A stretch of DNA of 64,000 nt. Source: a virus. Lineage: Duplodnaviria > Caudoviricetes. The stretch covers positions 15,221-79,220 of the IMG/VR virus record IMGVR_UViG_2724679654_000001, one strand, 5' to 3'. Below, in pieces: positions 37,850-48,700 of the stretch. The notes under the pieces were generated by a model. The model made no database searches. It saw only the letters and a program-made list of their open reading frames with translations, and was not told the DNA's origin. A program made the position numbers and the translations under genes. Each line of letters starts with the position of its first letter. Position 1 is the stretch's first letter.

Positions 37850-38335
37850 ATGAAATCTTTGCTATTCAGTTTCGCTGATCTATCAGTCAAGGATAAGGCT
37901 GCAAAAGAAGCAATGAAATACTTCTCTCGCGCCGGGGCTAATGTCGTTCAGCAAGACGTATCGACAGCGGTTAAGCGTAATGCTGGTGTGAGCTATCGGG
38001 AACTTACACTTACTTTTGCCGATTCGCAGAAAGTAACGATGCGTGTGAAGCAGACGGGAGATATCTTTCAAGTTCTACTGAATAACAAGTTATTGCCAAT
38101 TAAAAACCAGGATGATCACGTTGCCGCAATCTCGGAGATTGTGAAGGCGATGGACTCCGGGCGTTCAAAGTTCCAGAAATTACTTGCTGCAGCCAAGGTT
38201 AGGCCACCCGCAGGCATGCGTACGGCCGCGCCAAAGATGGAGCAAGTTTTGATGGGTAAAAGGGATGCTCTGAAAGCGGCAATTGCCGAAGTAAGAGCGG
38301 AAATAGCAATATACACAGGAGCATTAACAGCATGA
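37850..38335 (+). CDS. hdf: Hdf / DarA-N-related defence-against-restriction protein
   Basis: KRNAGVSYRELTLTFADSQKV...GDIFQVLLNNKLLP; resembles the DarA central domain. Confidence 0.65.
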   Translation: MKSLLFSFADLSVKDKAAKEAMKYFSRAGANVVQQDVSTAVKRNAGVSYRELTLTFADSQKVTMRVKQTGDIFQVLLNNKLLPIKNQDDHVAAISEIVKAMDSGRSKFQKLLAAAKVRPPAGMRTAAPKMEQVLMGKRDALKAAIAEVRAEIAIYTGALTA

Positions 38336-38799
38336 AGAATTTTTTGAATGGATTTTTCCTATTAGGTTTTTGTTTAATGGTACCGCTATCACTATCTGCA
38401 TGCTCAGATTCGGTATATGCCGGTACTGTGATTAAGCCGGATTCGGTGGTAAAGGTGCATGATGGAGATACATTCAGCGTCAATATCGCCGGTTGCCCGG
38501 AAGTATTGTGCCAAGCACTTTCTGTGCGCATAAAAGGCATTGATGCGCCTGAAATGAGGGGGAAATGCTCTCAAGAAACTGCTGGCGCGGTTATTGCCAA
38601 GAAATATCTTTCCGATCAGATGCTGAGTGCCAAGGATATTGAGTTACGCAATCCGTCGAGAGACAAGTATTTCAGGCTAAATGCTGATTTATTTATTGAT
38701 GGTCGTGATATCGGCCAGGATATGATCATCAAAGGAATGGCTCGAACGTATACAGGCGGCAAGCGCGCAGGTTGGTGCAATACCAGTAATACTGTCTGA
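38332..38799 (+). CDS. Thermonuclease (SNase) family lipoprotein
   Basis: LSAC lipobox, VHDGDT, VRIKGIDAPE, DKYFR. Confidence 0.85.
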   Translation: MKNFLNGFFLLGFCLMVPLSLSACSDSVYAGTVIKPDSVVKVHDGDTFSVNIAGCPEVLCQALSVRIKGIDAPEMRGKCSQETAGAVIAKKYLSDQMLSAKDIELRNPSRDKYFRLNADLFIDGRDIGQDMIIKGMARTYTGGKRAGWCNTSNTV

Positions 38800-38831
38800 A
38801 TATCTGGTTAACACAACCAGATTAAATAAGA

Positions 38832-38860
38832 AAAGCCCGGTTATTCCGGGCTTTGTTTTG
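38832..38860. terminator. Probable bidirectional terminator
   Basis: AAAGCCCGG-ttatt-CCGGGCTTT. Confidence 0.7.
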
Positions 38861-39112
38861 TTAGGGTCATGACTTTGGCGGTGTCCAGCTAAAAGTGCTA
38901 TCAGATCATCACGAATTTGCTTTTCTCGCGTATCAATTACACGCCTATCAACAATCTCCACGCTGTTGATGCAAGTACAATCATGAAGATCGCTGCAATC
39001 AATAAATTTACCGTTTTCATTGTCGTTTTCATTGCGTTAAAAAAATTACTAAAGTTTATCTACGCCTGCCCGTTAAAACATTTGCATCATGATATCTCCG
39101 CCCGGCCAATGC

Positions 39113-39373
39113 CTAGAACCCATTGCCGGGCATTTTATTCATCCAGCTCTTCTCCGGTGCCATGAGGCATATTGCACCGAAACACGACTCCTCGATTGAC
39201 GGCACGGAGTTATATAATTTCGATGCCTGTTCTTTGCTGTCAACCAACATCACAACATCGTCATCTATTGCTAAAACATTCTTCTGAGTGGGATTTGTGT
39301 TGTGGAACATTTTCTTTCCCCTGCCTGCTACCGGGGCGTCGGTGGTTAAGATCATCTCAACCATGGAAGCCAT
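39113..39373 (-). CDS. Hypothetical small protein
   Basis: 86-aa ORF with AGGT RBS-like sequence. Confidence 0.45.
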   Translation of the reverse strand: MASMVEMILTTDAPVAGRGKKMFHNTNPTQKNVLAIDDDVVMLVDSKEQASKLYNSVPSIEESCFGAICLMAPEKSWMNKMPGNGF

Positions 39374-39450
39374 TACCTATATTTTGATAAATATGCAATA
39401 CCATAATCAAAATATTTTAATACTCCTGAATCCTCATTGCTTTTTGTTAC

Positions 39451-39491
39451 CGGAAAACCCACTAAAAATAACGTCATAGGCGGCTTAATAT
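39451..39491 (+). promoter_or_regulatory. Late promoter motif (darA operon)
   Basis: CGGAAAA-N28-TAATAT; ATG 39499 lies 8 nt after it. Confidence 0.65.
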
Positions 39492-39498
39492 GCTGTTT

Positions 39499-41829
39499 AT
39501 GACGCACTCAACCGATAACACTTTTCTAAAAATCGAAAACGCTGCCCATGGCGGAGCTTTCGGCAGGAATCCTATCCCAGAACCCACGGAAGCACAGTGC
39601 AAGGCAGGGAATTACAAAATGGGAAGGGTCTCTTTCCAGGGTCTCTCAATAGCCATAGAACAGCCGCGCGGCACATATCGAACCGGTATTGACCTAAAGA
39701 CTGGCAAACGCTGGACATCGCGCATGGCGGCGCACTATGGATATATTTCTCAAACAAAAGGAAATGACGGGGACGGCGTTGATTGCTTCGTTGGGTTTTA
39801 TCCGCAATCCGAGGTTGCTTACGCTATCAATCAGCACATAGGCGGGCGCTTCGACGAACATAAAATTATGTTTGCATTTCCCGATGAAGAAACGGCAAGA
39901 AACGCTTACCTGCATAGCTATGAGCGCGGCTGGAAGGGTCTTAAAAGCATAATTCCACTATCGATTAATCAACTCAAATGGTGGCTCAAGCACGGCAATA
40001 AGAGCCAGCCTATCAAATCAGAAAATTTACCACCGGAAGGATTAGAAGCCATGACAAGAAAAGTGCATTGGGATGAAAACGCGCAGCCATATAACGCCAC
40101 TATCGATCAGGTGCTGTATGAGATACGACAATCAGATTCAGGCGAAAACCTGCTATTGGATGCCGTGAGCATTGATGAAATTATTGCTGATTCTGACGGT
40201 ATTCTGGCACTTGATGCGCTGGTTACGCCTTACATCAAACTGCAGCGAAAAATGGAAGTATTGCAAGGCGTTATGGAGCGTATGGGCGCAGGAATTAAAC
40301 CTGCAGCAATGCAAATAACCGAGCCATTCAAGCAATTTGGCGTGGCCAATGTGGCCGTTGTTTATGAGCTTTCTGACGGGCAAACGGTGTCGATCTATTT
40401 TCACAATCCTGATGTAACGCCAAACAAGATGGCTCCCAATGATGATGTTATTTCTTACAAATGGTTGTTAAACAAGAAAGATATCACGATTGTTGTGGCA
40501 CCTGAGCGCGGACAGGATCTGAATATCCGTGAGGTGGCGCGCCGTATCCTGAAACTGGCTGAAAAGAATAGTCCAGCTTTTGCTCGCGCGAATGCAAAGC
40601 GTGCGGATCGTATGCAGAACATTCAATCTTTGAAGGATGAAATTGTTGTTTTGGAGGGTGAATTGAAAAGCGCGCAGAATGAATTGGAAATTGCCAAGGT
40701 TGCTGCTGAAGATCGAAAACAAGAGAGTTCACGAGCAAGCGTGTACCGAATCGTTGGAAGGCCACCGAAAGAGATATTGACTATTTCCAGCGATGGGGCC
40801 GGTGGCTTTGTGGTTGGTATTAAATTTATGAATGAAAACATAAATGAAACATGGAATTCACTTGAAGAAGCATTGGTAAGGATCAAGAACGTTATTGGTG
40901 TTAGTGGTTCCGTGGAAGATTTGATGAATGCTCTAAATCATGTTAGCGGTGATGACATTATTTCGGCGCTGATTGAATCATCCAAAGTTGCAACTACAGA
41001 AGCTCAATTAAGCCCAACATCCCCAGAAGGTTACGCCAAAATCATGGCCGATCCTGAATTGCAGTTGAATTACCAGGATGTGCTTGATTCCTTCTTTCAA
41101 GAGCGAATTATTGCGGTGCGTAATGCGTTAAGAGAGTTGGGCTGGGATGGCGAGCGATTTAAAGACCTCAGTAAAAACGGAGTGGTGGCAAAATTTACGT
41201 TCAAGCAAGTTGGTGCTGGTGCTAATTTGGTTGGATACAATGTAAACGGAATTGTGGATGATTTGATCAAAACCCCAGAACAGCTTGCTGCTGAGATTGA
41301 TGAGTCTGCGCCTGCCGAGACAATCGTAGATCCCACCCAAGAGCAGATTAAATCTGCTGCATTATGGAAGGGAGCAACTATGAAAGTTGCTGCCATGCTA
41401 GAAGGCGATAAGAGAGCATCGCTAGAACTGAGCAGAATGACCACTAAGGGCGATCTTGATGCTTATCTGATGCGTAAGTTTGGTATTGACGAAACGGCGG
41501 CAAGGGATATTTCAAACATACTGACAGCGCAGGACATACCGGCAGATATGACGGCAAACTTGGATGATTACAAGGATGAATCTTGGTACTCATTGATACC
41601 TGTCGCTTCGGAAATCGAAGTCGAATCAGAAGATATGAAGGCCGCCAGAGAATTCCTTAAATCAGTCGTAGATGGCGACAAAGACAAGGATGACCTAATA
41701 GCCTTGCTGGATAAAATTGAAGCATCTGCCAATGCGATTATTGAAGCCGGTAAGAGCGAAGAATATGACGCACTTATTGGGCAGGCTGCTGAGAAATGGG
41801 CGGCGCTTGACCAGCAAGTTAATGGGTAG
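39499..41829 (+). CDS. darA: DarA-like internal head protein with an N-terminal inorganic-pyrophosphatase-like domain
   Basis: PTEAQCKAGNYKMG...HYGYI..TKGNDGDGVDCF; ELSDGQTVSIYFHNPD...WLLNKKDIT. Confidence 0.75.
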   Translation: MTHSTDNTFLKIENAAHGGAFGRNPIPEPTEAQCKAGNYKMGRVSFQGLSIAIEQPRGTYRTGIDLKTGKRWTSRMAAHYGYISQTKGNDGDGVDCFVGFYPQSEVAYAINQHIGGRFDEHKIMFAFPDEETARNAYLHSYERGWKGLKSIIPLSINQLKWWLKHGNKSQPIKSENLPPEGLEAMTRKVHWDENAQPYNATIDQVLYEIRQSDSGENLLLDAVSIDEIIADSDGILALDALVTPYIKLQRKMEVLQGVMERMGAGIKPAAMQITEPFKQFGVANVAVVYELSDGQTVSIYFHNPDVTPNKMAPNDDVISYKWLLNKKDITIVVAPERGQDLNIREVARRILKLAEKNSPAFARANAKRADRMQNIQSLKDEIVVLEGELKSAQNELEIAKVAAEDRKQESSRASVYRIVGRPPKEILTISSDGAGGFVVGIKFMNENINETWNSLEEALVRIKNVIGVSGSVEDLMNALNHVSGDDIISALIESSKVATTEAQLSPTSPEGYAKIMADPELQLNYQDVLDSFFQERIIAVRNALRELGWDGERFKDLSKNGVVAKFTFKQVGAGANLVGYNVNGIVDDLIKTPEQLAAEIDESAPAETIVDPTQEQIKSAALWKGATMKVAAMLEGDKRASLELSRMTTKGDLDAYLMRKFGIDETAARDISNILTAQDIPADMTANLDDYKDESWYSLIPVASEIEVESEDMKAAREFLKSVVDGDKDKDDLIALLDKIEASANAIIEAGKSEEYDALIGQAAEKWAALDQQVNG

Positions 41830-41835
41830 CCAGTC

Positions 41836-42207
41836 ATGCGTATCTTATCCAAGATTCTGCTGGCTGATGACCTGAATAACCAACTTTCGTTTATGTGCCC
41901 TGGGTGCAAGGAAGTGCATTTCATTAAGCATGGCGATGATTCCGGTCCAAGGTGGGCGTGGAACAAAAATACTGAACATCCTACATTTTCGCCATCTATT
42001 CTAGTTCGAGGTAAAGCGCTTACTGATAAGGGTAATCGTGACATTGAGGCTTGGCGTGAGGCTGGTTTCCCAAAGCGAGATCAGCCGTTCGAGTCTGTAG
42101 CAACCGTCTGTCACTCATTCGTTACCCACGGGCAGATTCAATTCCTGACTGATTCCACCCATGAGTTGGCCGGTCAAACTGTCGATCTTCCGGAGTGGAC
42201 AGAATGA
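41836..42207 (+). CDS. DUF6527-like zinc-binding protein
   Basis: FMCPGC...PTFSPSIL...CHSFVTHGQIQFLTDSTHELAGQTV. Confidence 0.75.
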   Translation: MRILSKILLADDLNNQLSFMCPGCKEVHFIKHGDDSGPRWAWNKNTEHPTFSPSILVRGKALTDKGNRDIEAWREAGFPKRDQPFESVATVCHSFVTHGQIQFLTDSTHELAGQTVDLPEWTE

Positions 42208-44111
42208 TAGCCGGTGCAGAAAAACTCAAACTGGTACGTGAACTTGGGATTATCCGCAAAAACCTGCCGGAAGTCGCCGGGGTAAATAAGCTTACCCTAG
42301 TCAAGCGCGTGCGCGAGATACGGCAATTGCTGTCTGTTTCAAACGGTGAGCCTGCTGCAAGTCTGTCGATTGATCCATCAAACCCGACTGAATCGCTCAA
42401 ATCATTAGCTGATTACGTAAAAAATGGTCTTGCTGGGGTTCCTGAAGCATTGCGAGGTGTTGAGGCCGATATCGTAGCAAAGATATACCACTTGTTGCCA
42501 AGAGAACGCGACGAAGAACATGAGACGGCCAGAAAGGATCTTTGGGATGCTCTTTCAGAAGCAGCACGGGGCAATGGCGATAAAACTCAAGATGAATGGA
42601 TGATTGCATCATTTGATCACTTCAAATCATCGGGCGATGTGTTTGATGTTGATGCGGATATGATCAATGCAACTGAAGAATCAATCAAAGAATTGACCGC
42701 AAAGCCACTGGAAGAAATTAGTCCGAAAATAACCGCACAGATGAAAGAGGCTCAAGAAGAATATGAAAAATTGAGGCTGACTTTGACATCTCTGCTGTCG
42801 GTAAATGAAGCCAATGGCTTCAATATGGATGAAATAAACAAGGCTTCGGATGAATTCGAGACCATTTCCATAAAGAAACAATCGGTTTGGAATAAATTGA
42901 TAGAGCTGGATAGGCAAAAGTATGTAGAAAAGGAAAGCCGCATCAAGGAACTAAAAGACAGCATTGCGCCTATCGGTCAAAAGATCATAGATACCCTGCT
43001 GGGTGGCTCAAAAGTAACCCAAGAACAAGCGAATTCGTGGGCTGGTAGCCAGATTATCGAAAAGTCAGCGATAACCAGGCTAAAAAAGATGGGGTACCAA
43101 GAAGCTGATGTACGTCGCGATATGTCTGAATTCTACCGCATTACTGGCGGAAAACTCAGGCAAGTTAGGTTAGAAACAAATGGGGGCAAGCGCGCCAATG
43201 CAAGCGGCATAGGTCATTTCGAGGATAACGTTATTCGCCCCGGAAGCAGTTTCAATAAAACCGTTCTGTGGCATGAGATGGCGCACCATCTTGAAGCTGA
43301 TTCTGCGGCCAAAGCTGCATCCAATGGATACCTATTAAAAAGACGAAAAAACGAAAAAGTTTATTCGCTCAGATCGTTGACCGGCAATCGTGGCTATCGC
43401 AGTGATGAGGGTGCTTATGATGATAATTTCATTAATCATTACATCGGCAAGGTGTACCGGGATAAAACCACCGAAGTGTGGTCAATGGGTGTTCAGTACC
43501 TTGCAAAACCATACGATGCAGCAATGATGCTTGCCAAAGATCCGGAAATGGCGGCATTGATGGCTGGATATCTTCAGGCTGATCTAACCCCGGCCATGAA
43601 AGCACTTCAAGCTATTCAAGATAGCGCTCAGGATAAAGCCCAAGAAAAGCGCGAGCAAATCAAAAGTGAGTATGAGCAAGCGCTAGACAAGCTGGCTGCC
43701 GGTGTTGAGATCGTTGATGATGGCTGGTTTGGTGCGCTAGATCCTGTCGATCAAGAAAATCAACTTAGCCGGTGGGGTGGATTGGGAGACCCGGAGGCTA
43801 AATTCATTGGATCATGGGGCGGATACCGGGCATTTACTGGAAAGTTCAAAGATAAGCTGTCAAAGCGAACAAAGAAAGGGTATGCGGTAGTTTTCACAAC
43901 GATGTCAGGATCATTCGTAAACCCAGACGACAGCAAAAGAAGATTTATTCCCAATTCAGCGCCGGTATACGGTGACGAGCGTTTTCTCAAAGCCTTTATG
44001 CGTTTGGCAAGCATGCGTGCAGACAGTGTTTACACCGTGCTTTACCACGTAATTGGAGATGAATCTAAGGTAGTTGAAGAGGCCAATAAATTATCAGGTG
44101 AACAGTCATGA
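42204..44111 (+). CDS. DdrB-like virion protein with a zincin metallopeptidase motif
   Basis: LWHEMAHHLE (HExxH), YIGKVY...TEVWSMG; position in the dar operon. Confidence 0.65.
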   Translation: MIAGAEKLKLVRELGIIRKNLPEVAGVNKLTLVKRVREIRQLLSVSNGEPAASLSIDPSNPTESLKSLADYVKNGLAGVPEALRGVEADIVAKIYHLLPRERDEEHETARKDLWDALSEAARGNGDKTQDEWMIASFDHFKSSGDVFDVDADMINATEESIKELTAKPLEEISPKITAQMKEAQEEYEKLRLTLTSLLSVNEANGFNMDEINKASDEFETISIKKQSVWNKLIELDRQKYVEKESRIKELKDSIAPIGQKIIDTLLGGSKVTQEQANSWAGSQIIEKSAITRLKKMGYQEADVRRDMSEFYRITGGKLRQVRLETNGGKRANASGIGHFEDNVIRPGSSFNKTVLWHEMAHHLEADSAAKAASNGYLLKRRKNEKVYSLRSLTGNRGYRSDEGAYDDNFINHYIGKVYRDKTTEVWSMGVQYLAKPYDAAMMLAKDPEMAALMAGYLQADLTPAMKALQAIQDSAQDKAQEKREQIKSEYEQALDKLAAGVEIVDDGWFGALDPVDQENQLSRWGGLGDPEAKFIGSWGGYRAFTGKFKDKLSKRTKKGYAVVFTTMSGSFVNPDDSKRRFIPNSAPVYGDERFLKAFMRLASMRADSVYTVLYHVIGDESKVVEEANKLSGEQS

Positions 44112-45571
44112 TGAATAGTGTTTATAAAGTTCTTACGCCTGCCGGTCAATTCGATGCGATTTTCGCTGAAGATGAGGATATTCCAATCGAATACAGTGGT
44201 GATGAACTGGCAATCAGCTTCTTTAAGGATTGGTTATTCATCAATCAGGTAAGCGGCGAACACGGCCACTTGCTGGATAGCCAGCACCTTACACCCAGAG
44301 AGCTATACGGATTCTGCCAGCCACGCGGTGGTGTAATTGAAGTGATGCCGCCCTTCGAGGATCTACTGGCATACATTCAGGAAGATGCCGCGAATCAAGC
44401 TGAAGATAACTTTGAACAACTACAGGAAGAAAATACTATGCATACCATGATTACCAATGATTCTGCAATCACTGACGATGTGGTGAAAAACATGGCTGAT
44501 GCAACTCTTGATAGCATATCCGGTATTGAAAAAATCAAGATGATTAAGGAGGCCGGTAGCATCCGTGCGAATCTGCAAACTGTTCAATCCGGATTGGAAA
44601 AGCTGAAGCTGGTTAAGCGTATCAAGGAAATTCGTGATGCTTTGGGTGTTGGTGATGGGCTAGAAAAAGACGGGCTTGACGCTGATGGAATGTGGCCAAT
44701 GACCAAGGCTGAATACGACAAGATTCACAGCGACTACAAAGGAACATTCCCGGATGGCACACCTCACGCTCTCAAGTTGATCAATGGCAAGACTTCTATT
44801 GTGCCTGTACGAATCACTGATGCGCAGCCGAAAACTCAAGAGCCAGAGGTAAAGCCGCAAGTCACCATAGAAGATATTAACAAAGTCATGCCGCTATTAA
44901 AACAGTTTATCGGCAAGGCTCAGTTATCTGCAATCGGTTCCGTCATTCGTGGCGAGGAAGGTCAATTTTTCAAGGATAGGTTGATCGAAGTAGCCAACGT
45001 AATCCAGGCCATGCCAAAAACTTACGGCCAAGATGGTATGGGCGATAAGGCGATTGCTTATCTGCACTACTTCAAAGGCTCAGGTGACTGGCATATTACA
45101 GAAAAGGATATGGAAGATGAGCAATTGCAGGCGTTTGGGCTTGCAAACCTTGGTTATGGCGAGGAGCTTGGTTATATCAGCATTCAGGAATTGATTGATT
45201 CTGGTGTTGAGCTTGATTTGTATTGGACACCAAAGACTATTGGCGCGATAAAGGGTGTGGGTGTAAGCAGTGAGGATGAAAACCAGGGCACTGAAACTGG
45301 TGGTGATGAAACCGGTGGTGAATCGACAGAAATCCAACAATCTTTCGAAGTGCCTCAGACTATAAAGCCAACTGATACCATCGAAGCGGGATTCATAGCC
45401 GAACTGGAATTACTCAAAACAGAAACCGATATCAACCGCTTTAACGAACGCCTTGATGAAATTGCGGCAAGGATTGAGCAAGCCGGTTTAATGGGAGCGT
45501 TGGATAAGGAACTGAATAATGCGGCTGATGTGCTTACCGCGTTACTATCAGCGGCTGAAAAAGTCAGTTAA
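44108..45571 (+). CDS. Multidomain Dar-associated protein with a DUF2958-like domain
   Basis: HYFKGSGDWHITE...AFGLANLGYGEELGYISIQEL. Confidence 0.6.
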   Translation: MMNSVYKVLTPAGQFDAIFAEDEDIPIEYSGDELAISFFKDWLFINQVSGEHGHLLDSQHLTPRELYGFCQPRGGVIEVMPPFEDLLAYIQEDAANQAEDNFEQLQEENTMHTMITNDSAITDDVVKNMADATLDSISGIEKIKMIKEAGSIRANLQTVQSGLEKLKLVKRIKEIRDALGVGDGLEKDGLDADGMWPMTKAEYDKIHSDYKGTFPDGTPHALKLINGKTSIVPVRITDAQPKTQEPEVKPQVTIEDINKVMPLLKQFIGKAQLSAIGSVIRGEEGQFFKDRLIEVANVIQAMPKTYGQDGMGDKAIAYLHYFKGSGDWHITEKDMEDEQLQAFGLANLGYGEELGYISIQELIDSGVELDLYWTPKTIGAIKGVGVSSEDENQGTETGGDETGGESTEIQQSFEVPQTIKPTDTIEAGFIAELELLKTETDINRFNERLDEIAARIEQAGLMGALDKELNNAADVLTALLSAAEKVS

Positions 45572-45596
45572 AGAATATCTACCAGAAACTTCACAC

Positions 45597-45625
45597 AAGC
45601 CCCACTAAACCGGGGCTTTATTTTT
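45597..45625 (+). terminator. Rho-independent terminator
   Basis: AAGCCCC-loop-GGGGCTT followed by TATTTTT. Confidence 0.65.
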
Positions 45626-45628
45626 GCC

Positions 45629-45669
45629 CGGAAAACCAAGCAAATTGAGGACTGTAGCGTCTCTATGAT
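45629..45669 (+). promoter_or_regulatory. Late promoter motif (darB)
   Basis: CGGAAAA-N28-TATGAT. Confidence 0.65.
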
Positions 45670-45704
45670 GATGATCATAAATTGCCATCATCAGGACGAC
45701 AATA

Positions 45705-48700
45705 ATGATCTCATTTGCAGAAAAAAGAAAAATACAAAGCACAATATTAGAACAAAACAAGATTCTTGCCAGCAATCCATCGTTTATCAATAAACGGCAG
45801 GCACAAAAGACCAAAGCAGAGGCTATGATTAAGCTTGGTTTGGTTGGTACCGGCCAGCAGGCACCCATTGCCGAAACAGAGCAGCCAGACGAAGATAAAC
45901 CAATTGAGCGCAAATCTACTGCACGCCTGTACGAATTCGACCCAAACCGCAAGCCAGCGCAGCGCAGGAAAGACAATACCGCAGCAATGGCATTGCTTGA
46001 CCGCATTGATTCCGGTGAAATTGATGCAAATAGCCTGACCGATGAGCAGAAAGCCACTTTAGCAAAATATTCCGGTACCGGTGGAGCATTGATCGGGGCT
46101 GATGGCAAAAAGGGCAGTGCTTACGAATATTACACACCCAAACCGATAGCTGAAGGTATCTGGGATCTGATGAGCGAATTGGGATTCAATGGCGGCAAAG
46201 TTCTTGATCCATCCGCTGGCGTGGGTGTTTTTGGAGCCGTGGCACCAGCAAATGCCGCGATTGATGCTATTGAGCTGAATGAAACATCCGGGCGTATTAA
46301 TGGATTGGTAAATGATGGCGCTGGCTACTCGACCACTGTTTCAGCGTTCGAGAAGGTTGCGGCCAATACCCCCGAGGAAATTTACGATGCAATAATCACC
46401 AATGTCCCTTTCGGTGGCGTTGCTGATCGTGGCGGCAATCAGTTATTAGATAACCGGTACCAGAAAGAACCGCTGCAAAATTATTTCATATTGCGTTCAC
46501 TGGAAAAGTTAAAACCGGGTGGATTGGCTGTATTTATTACTCCGCCTCGTTGCGTGTCGGGGAAAGGCGGCAAAGAAGAGGAGCTCCGCGTTAAATCCAG
46601 CTTCATGGCTGAATTCCTGGGGGCGTATCGCTTACCCAATTCAGTATTCGGGACCGCAAGCGCTGACACGATGGCGGACGTTATCGCCTTCCGCAAATAT
46701 AGCCGTGAAACACTGGATAAAATCTCAGAACTGAGAGAGCAATCACCACAAAGCCTGATTGATGCCAATGTTCAATGGCAGGAATTTATTGAAGGCCATT
46801 ATTTTGTTGGTGAAGGCAAGCGCTTTATCCTGGGTGAATTTGTACCCAAAGATCCCAACAAATTCAGAGACGTTGACCGCGTGATTAATCCGGCCAATGT
46901 TGCAGAAATAGGCCGCATGCTTAAACGATTCCCCGGTTCCAGAATTAACTGGGATCTGCTGGGAGCCATCGAAACATCGCCAATTATCTATCGTGATGGT
47001 GACACCATTACCCAATCCGGGCAAACCCTTCAAATGCAGGGTGGCCGTTGGGTAGCCATGGCGCGTACGGAAGAAAGCGTGGATATGGCTGAACTTGCTG
47101 GGAATATGGCAACGCCCTACAAGGCTTTTGAGAACAAAGTAACTTGGGCTGGTGCAATCAAGTTCTTTGACTACATGACTGAAACCTCTCAGGCGCTTGA
47201 TATTCCTGCATGGGCGCGCGGAGCAATTAATGAGATCAAGCGGTTATCTGATGAGGGTGATCGCGGCAAATACTGGAATGCGGGTGTGGTTGGCATGTCT
47301 GTTGCGCAAGTATTGGAAGAGCGGCTTGGTGAAGAGGTGGGGGTCAAGTATGTTGACGAGTACCCCGCATTGTCGGACGCAATGCAGCGTGTTTCAGCGA
47401 TTGCAAAAGGCCGCCCGTCATCCATTGGCGGCAAGGTTAAAGATGGCTTGCTGGCGATTGGCACTCATTACCAGAAGAAAACCGGATTTTCTGCGGTATG
47501 GCGTGGTGATGTGCAGCAAGACGTTACCACAATGGAAATCACGGCTGATTCCAGCTTTGAAGGATTGCGCTACAAAACCAGATCGGCATGGGTAACGCTC
47601 GATGATGCCAAGGGTATCTATGGTGATGACTTTGACCCGGCTGGAGATCAAGCCTGGTGCGTTTCGCCTGATGGTAAATCAGTCACGCGCGCGGATGATT
47701 ACTATGTGGGCAACTATGCTGAATTCTTAAAGCGTGTCGATGCTGAGATTGCGGCGGCTAACGATGACAAGGTGCGCGATAAGTTGCTGCGGCAAAAATT
47801 GGATGCAGATAGCCGGGTAGATCGGATTGATGTATCAAAGCTGACCTTTAATCTGTTTACTCCTTATGTCACGCATGAAGAAAAGGCTGAATTCCTGCGG
47901 AGATTTGTTCATCCTGCAGCGGTGGTTGTCTTTGATGAAAAAACCGGTGAAAAGCGTGTTGATATCGATATCCCTGGCAGCAAGTTAACTGACCGTGAAA
48001 AGCTGATTAATCGTATAGGCGATTACCTGAAGAACGGCACCATTACGCTCGGTGGCGCGAAACTTGACATGGAAAAGGCCAAAGCCCTTCAAGAATTGCG
48101 CAGAATGATCAATACTGCCAATGAGCAATTCAACGGCTGGGTGCGCGGCAATAGCGTGATTATGCGCAGACTTGAGGGAATCTCTTCTGATCCTACAAAA
48201 TTGCGCTTCCGTCAAGTTGAAGATAGTTCGCCCATGAAAATACAGGGAATGAGCGATTTGATAACCCCGCATGGATACCAGTTTGCTGAGATCCGCAGAC
48301 AAAGCCGGGAATTTGGCGGTATTAATGGGTTTGGGGTCGGGCTTGGGAAAACCTTAACTTCTTTGGCTGCCGTGCAATATGCGCAAAGCATAGGTGTTAA
48401 GAAGAAAACCTTTATTGTGGTACCCAATTCAGTGCTGTCGAATTGGCGCAAAGAGGCCGTGCGCGCGTACACGAATCATGATGATTTGCTGTTTGTTGGT
48501 TTGCGGGTTAACAAAGGCAAGGCATTGGTTAATTCGACCAACTTTGATGCTGATCTGACCGCAGTCATGGAGAATCGCCACAGCAAGATTTTTATGACAA
48601 TGGAAGCATTCGAGCGTATCCGACTGCGAGATGAAACTATTGCTGAATATGAGAAATTCTTGCGTAAAGTAGATGCCAGTTTTGCTGAAAGCGAGGATAA

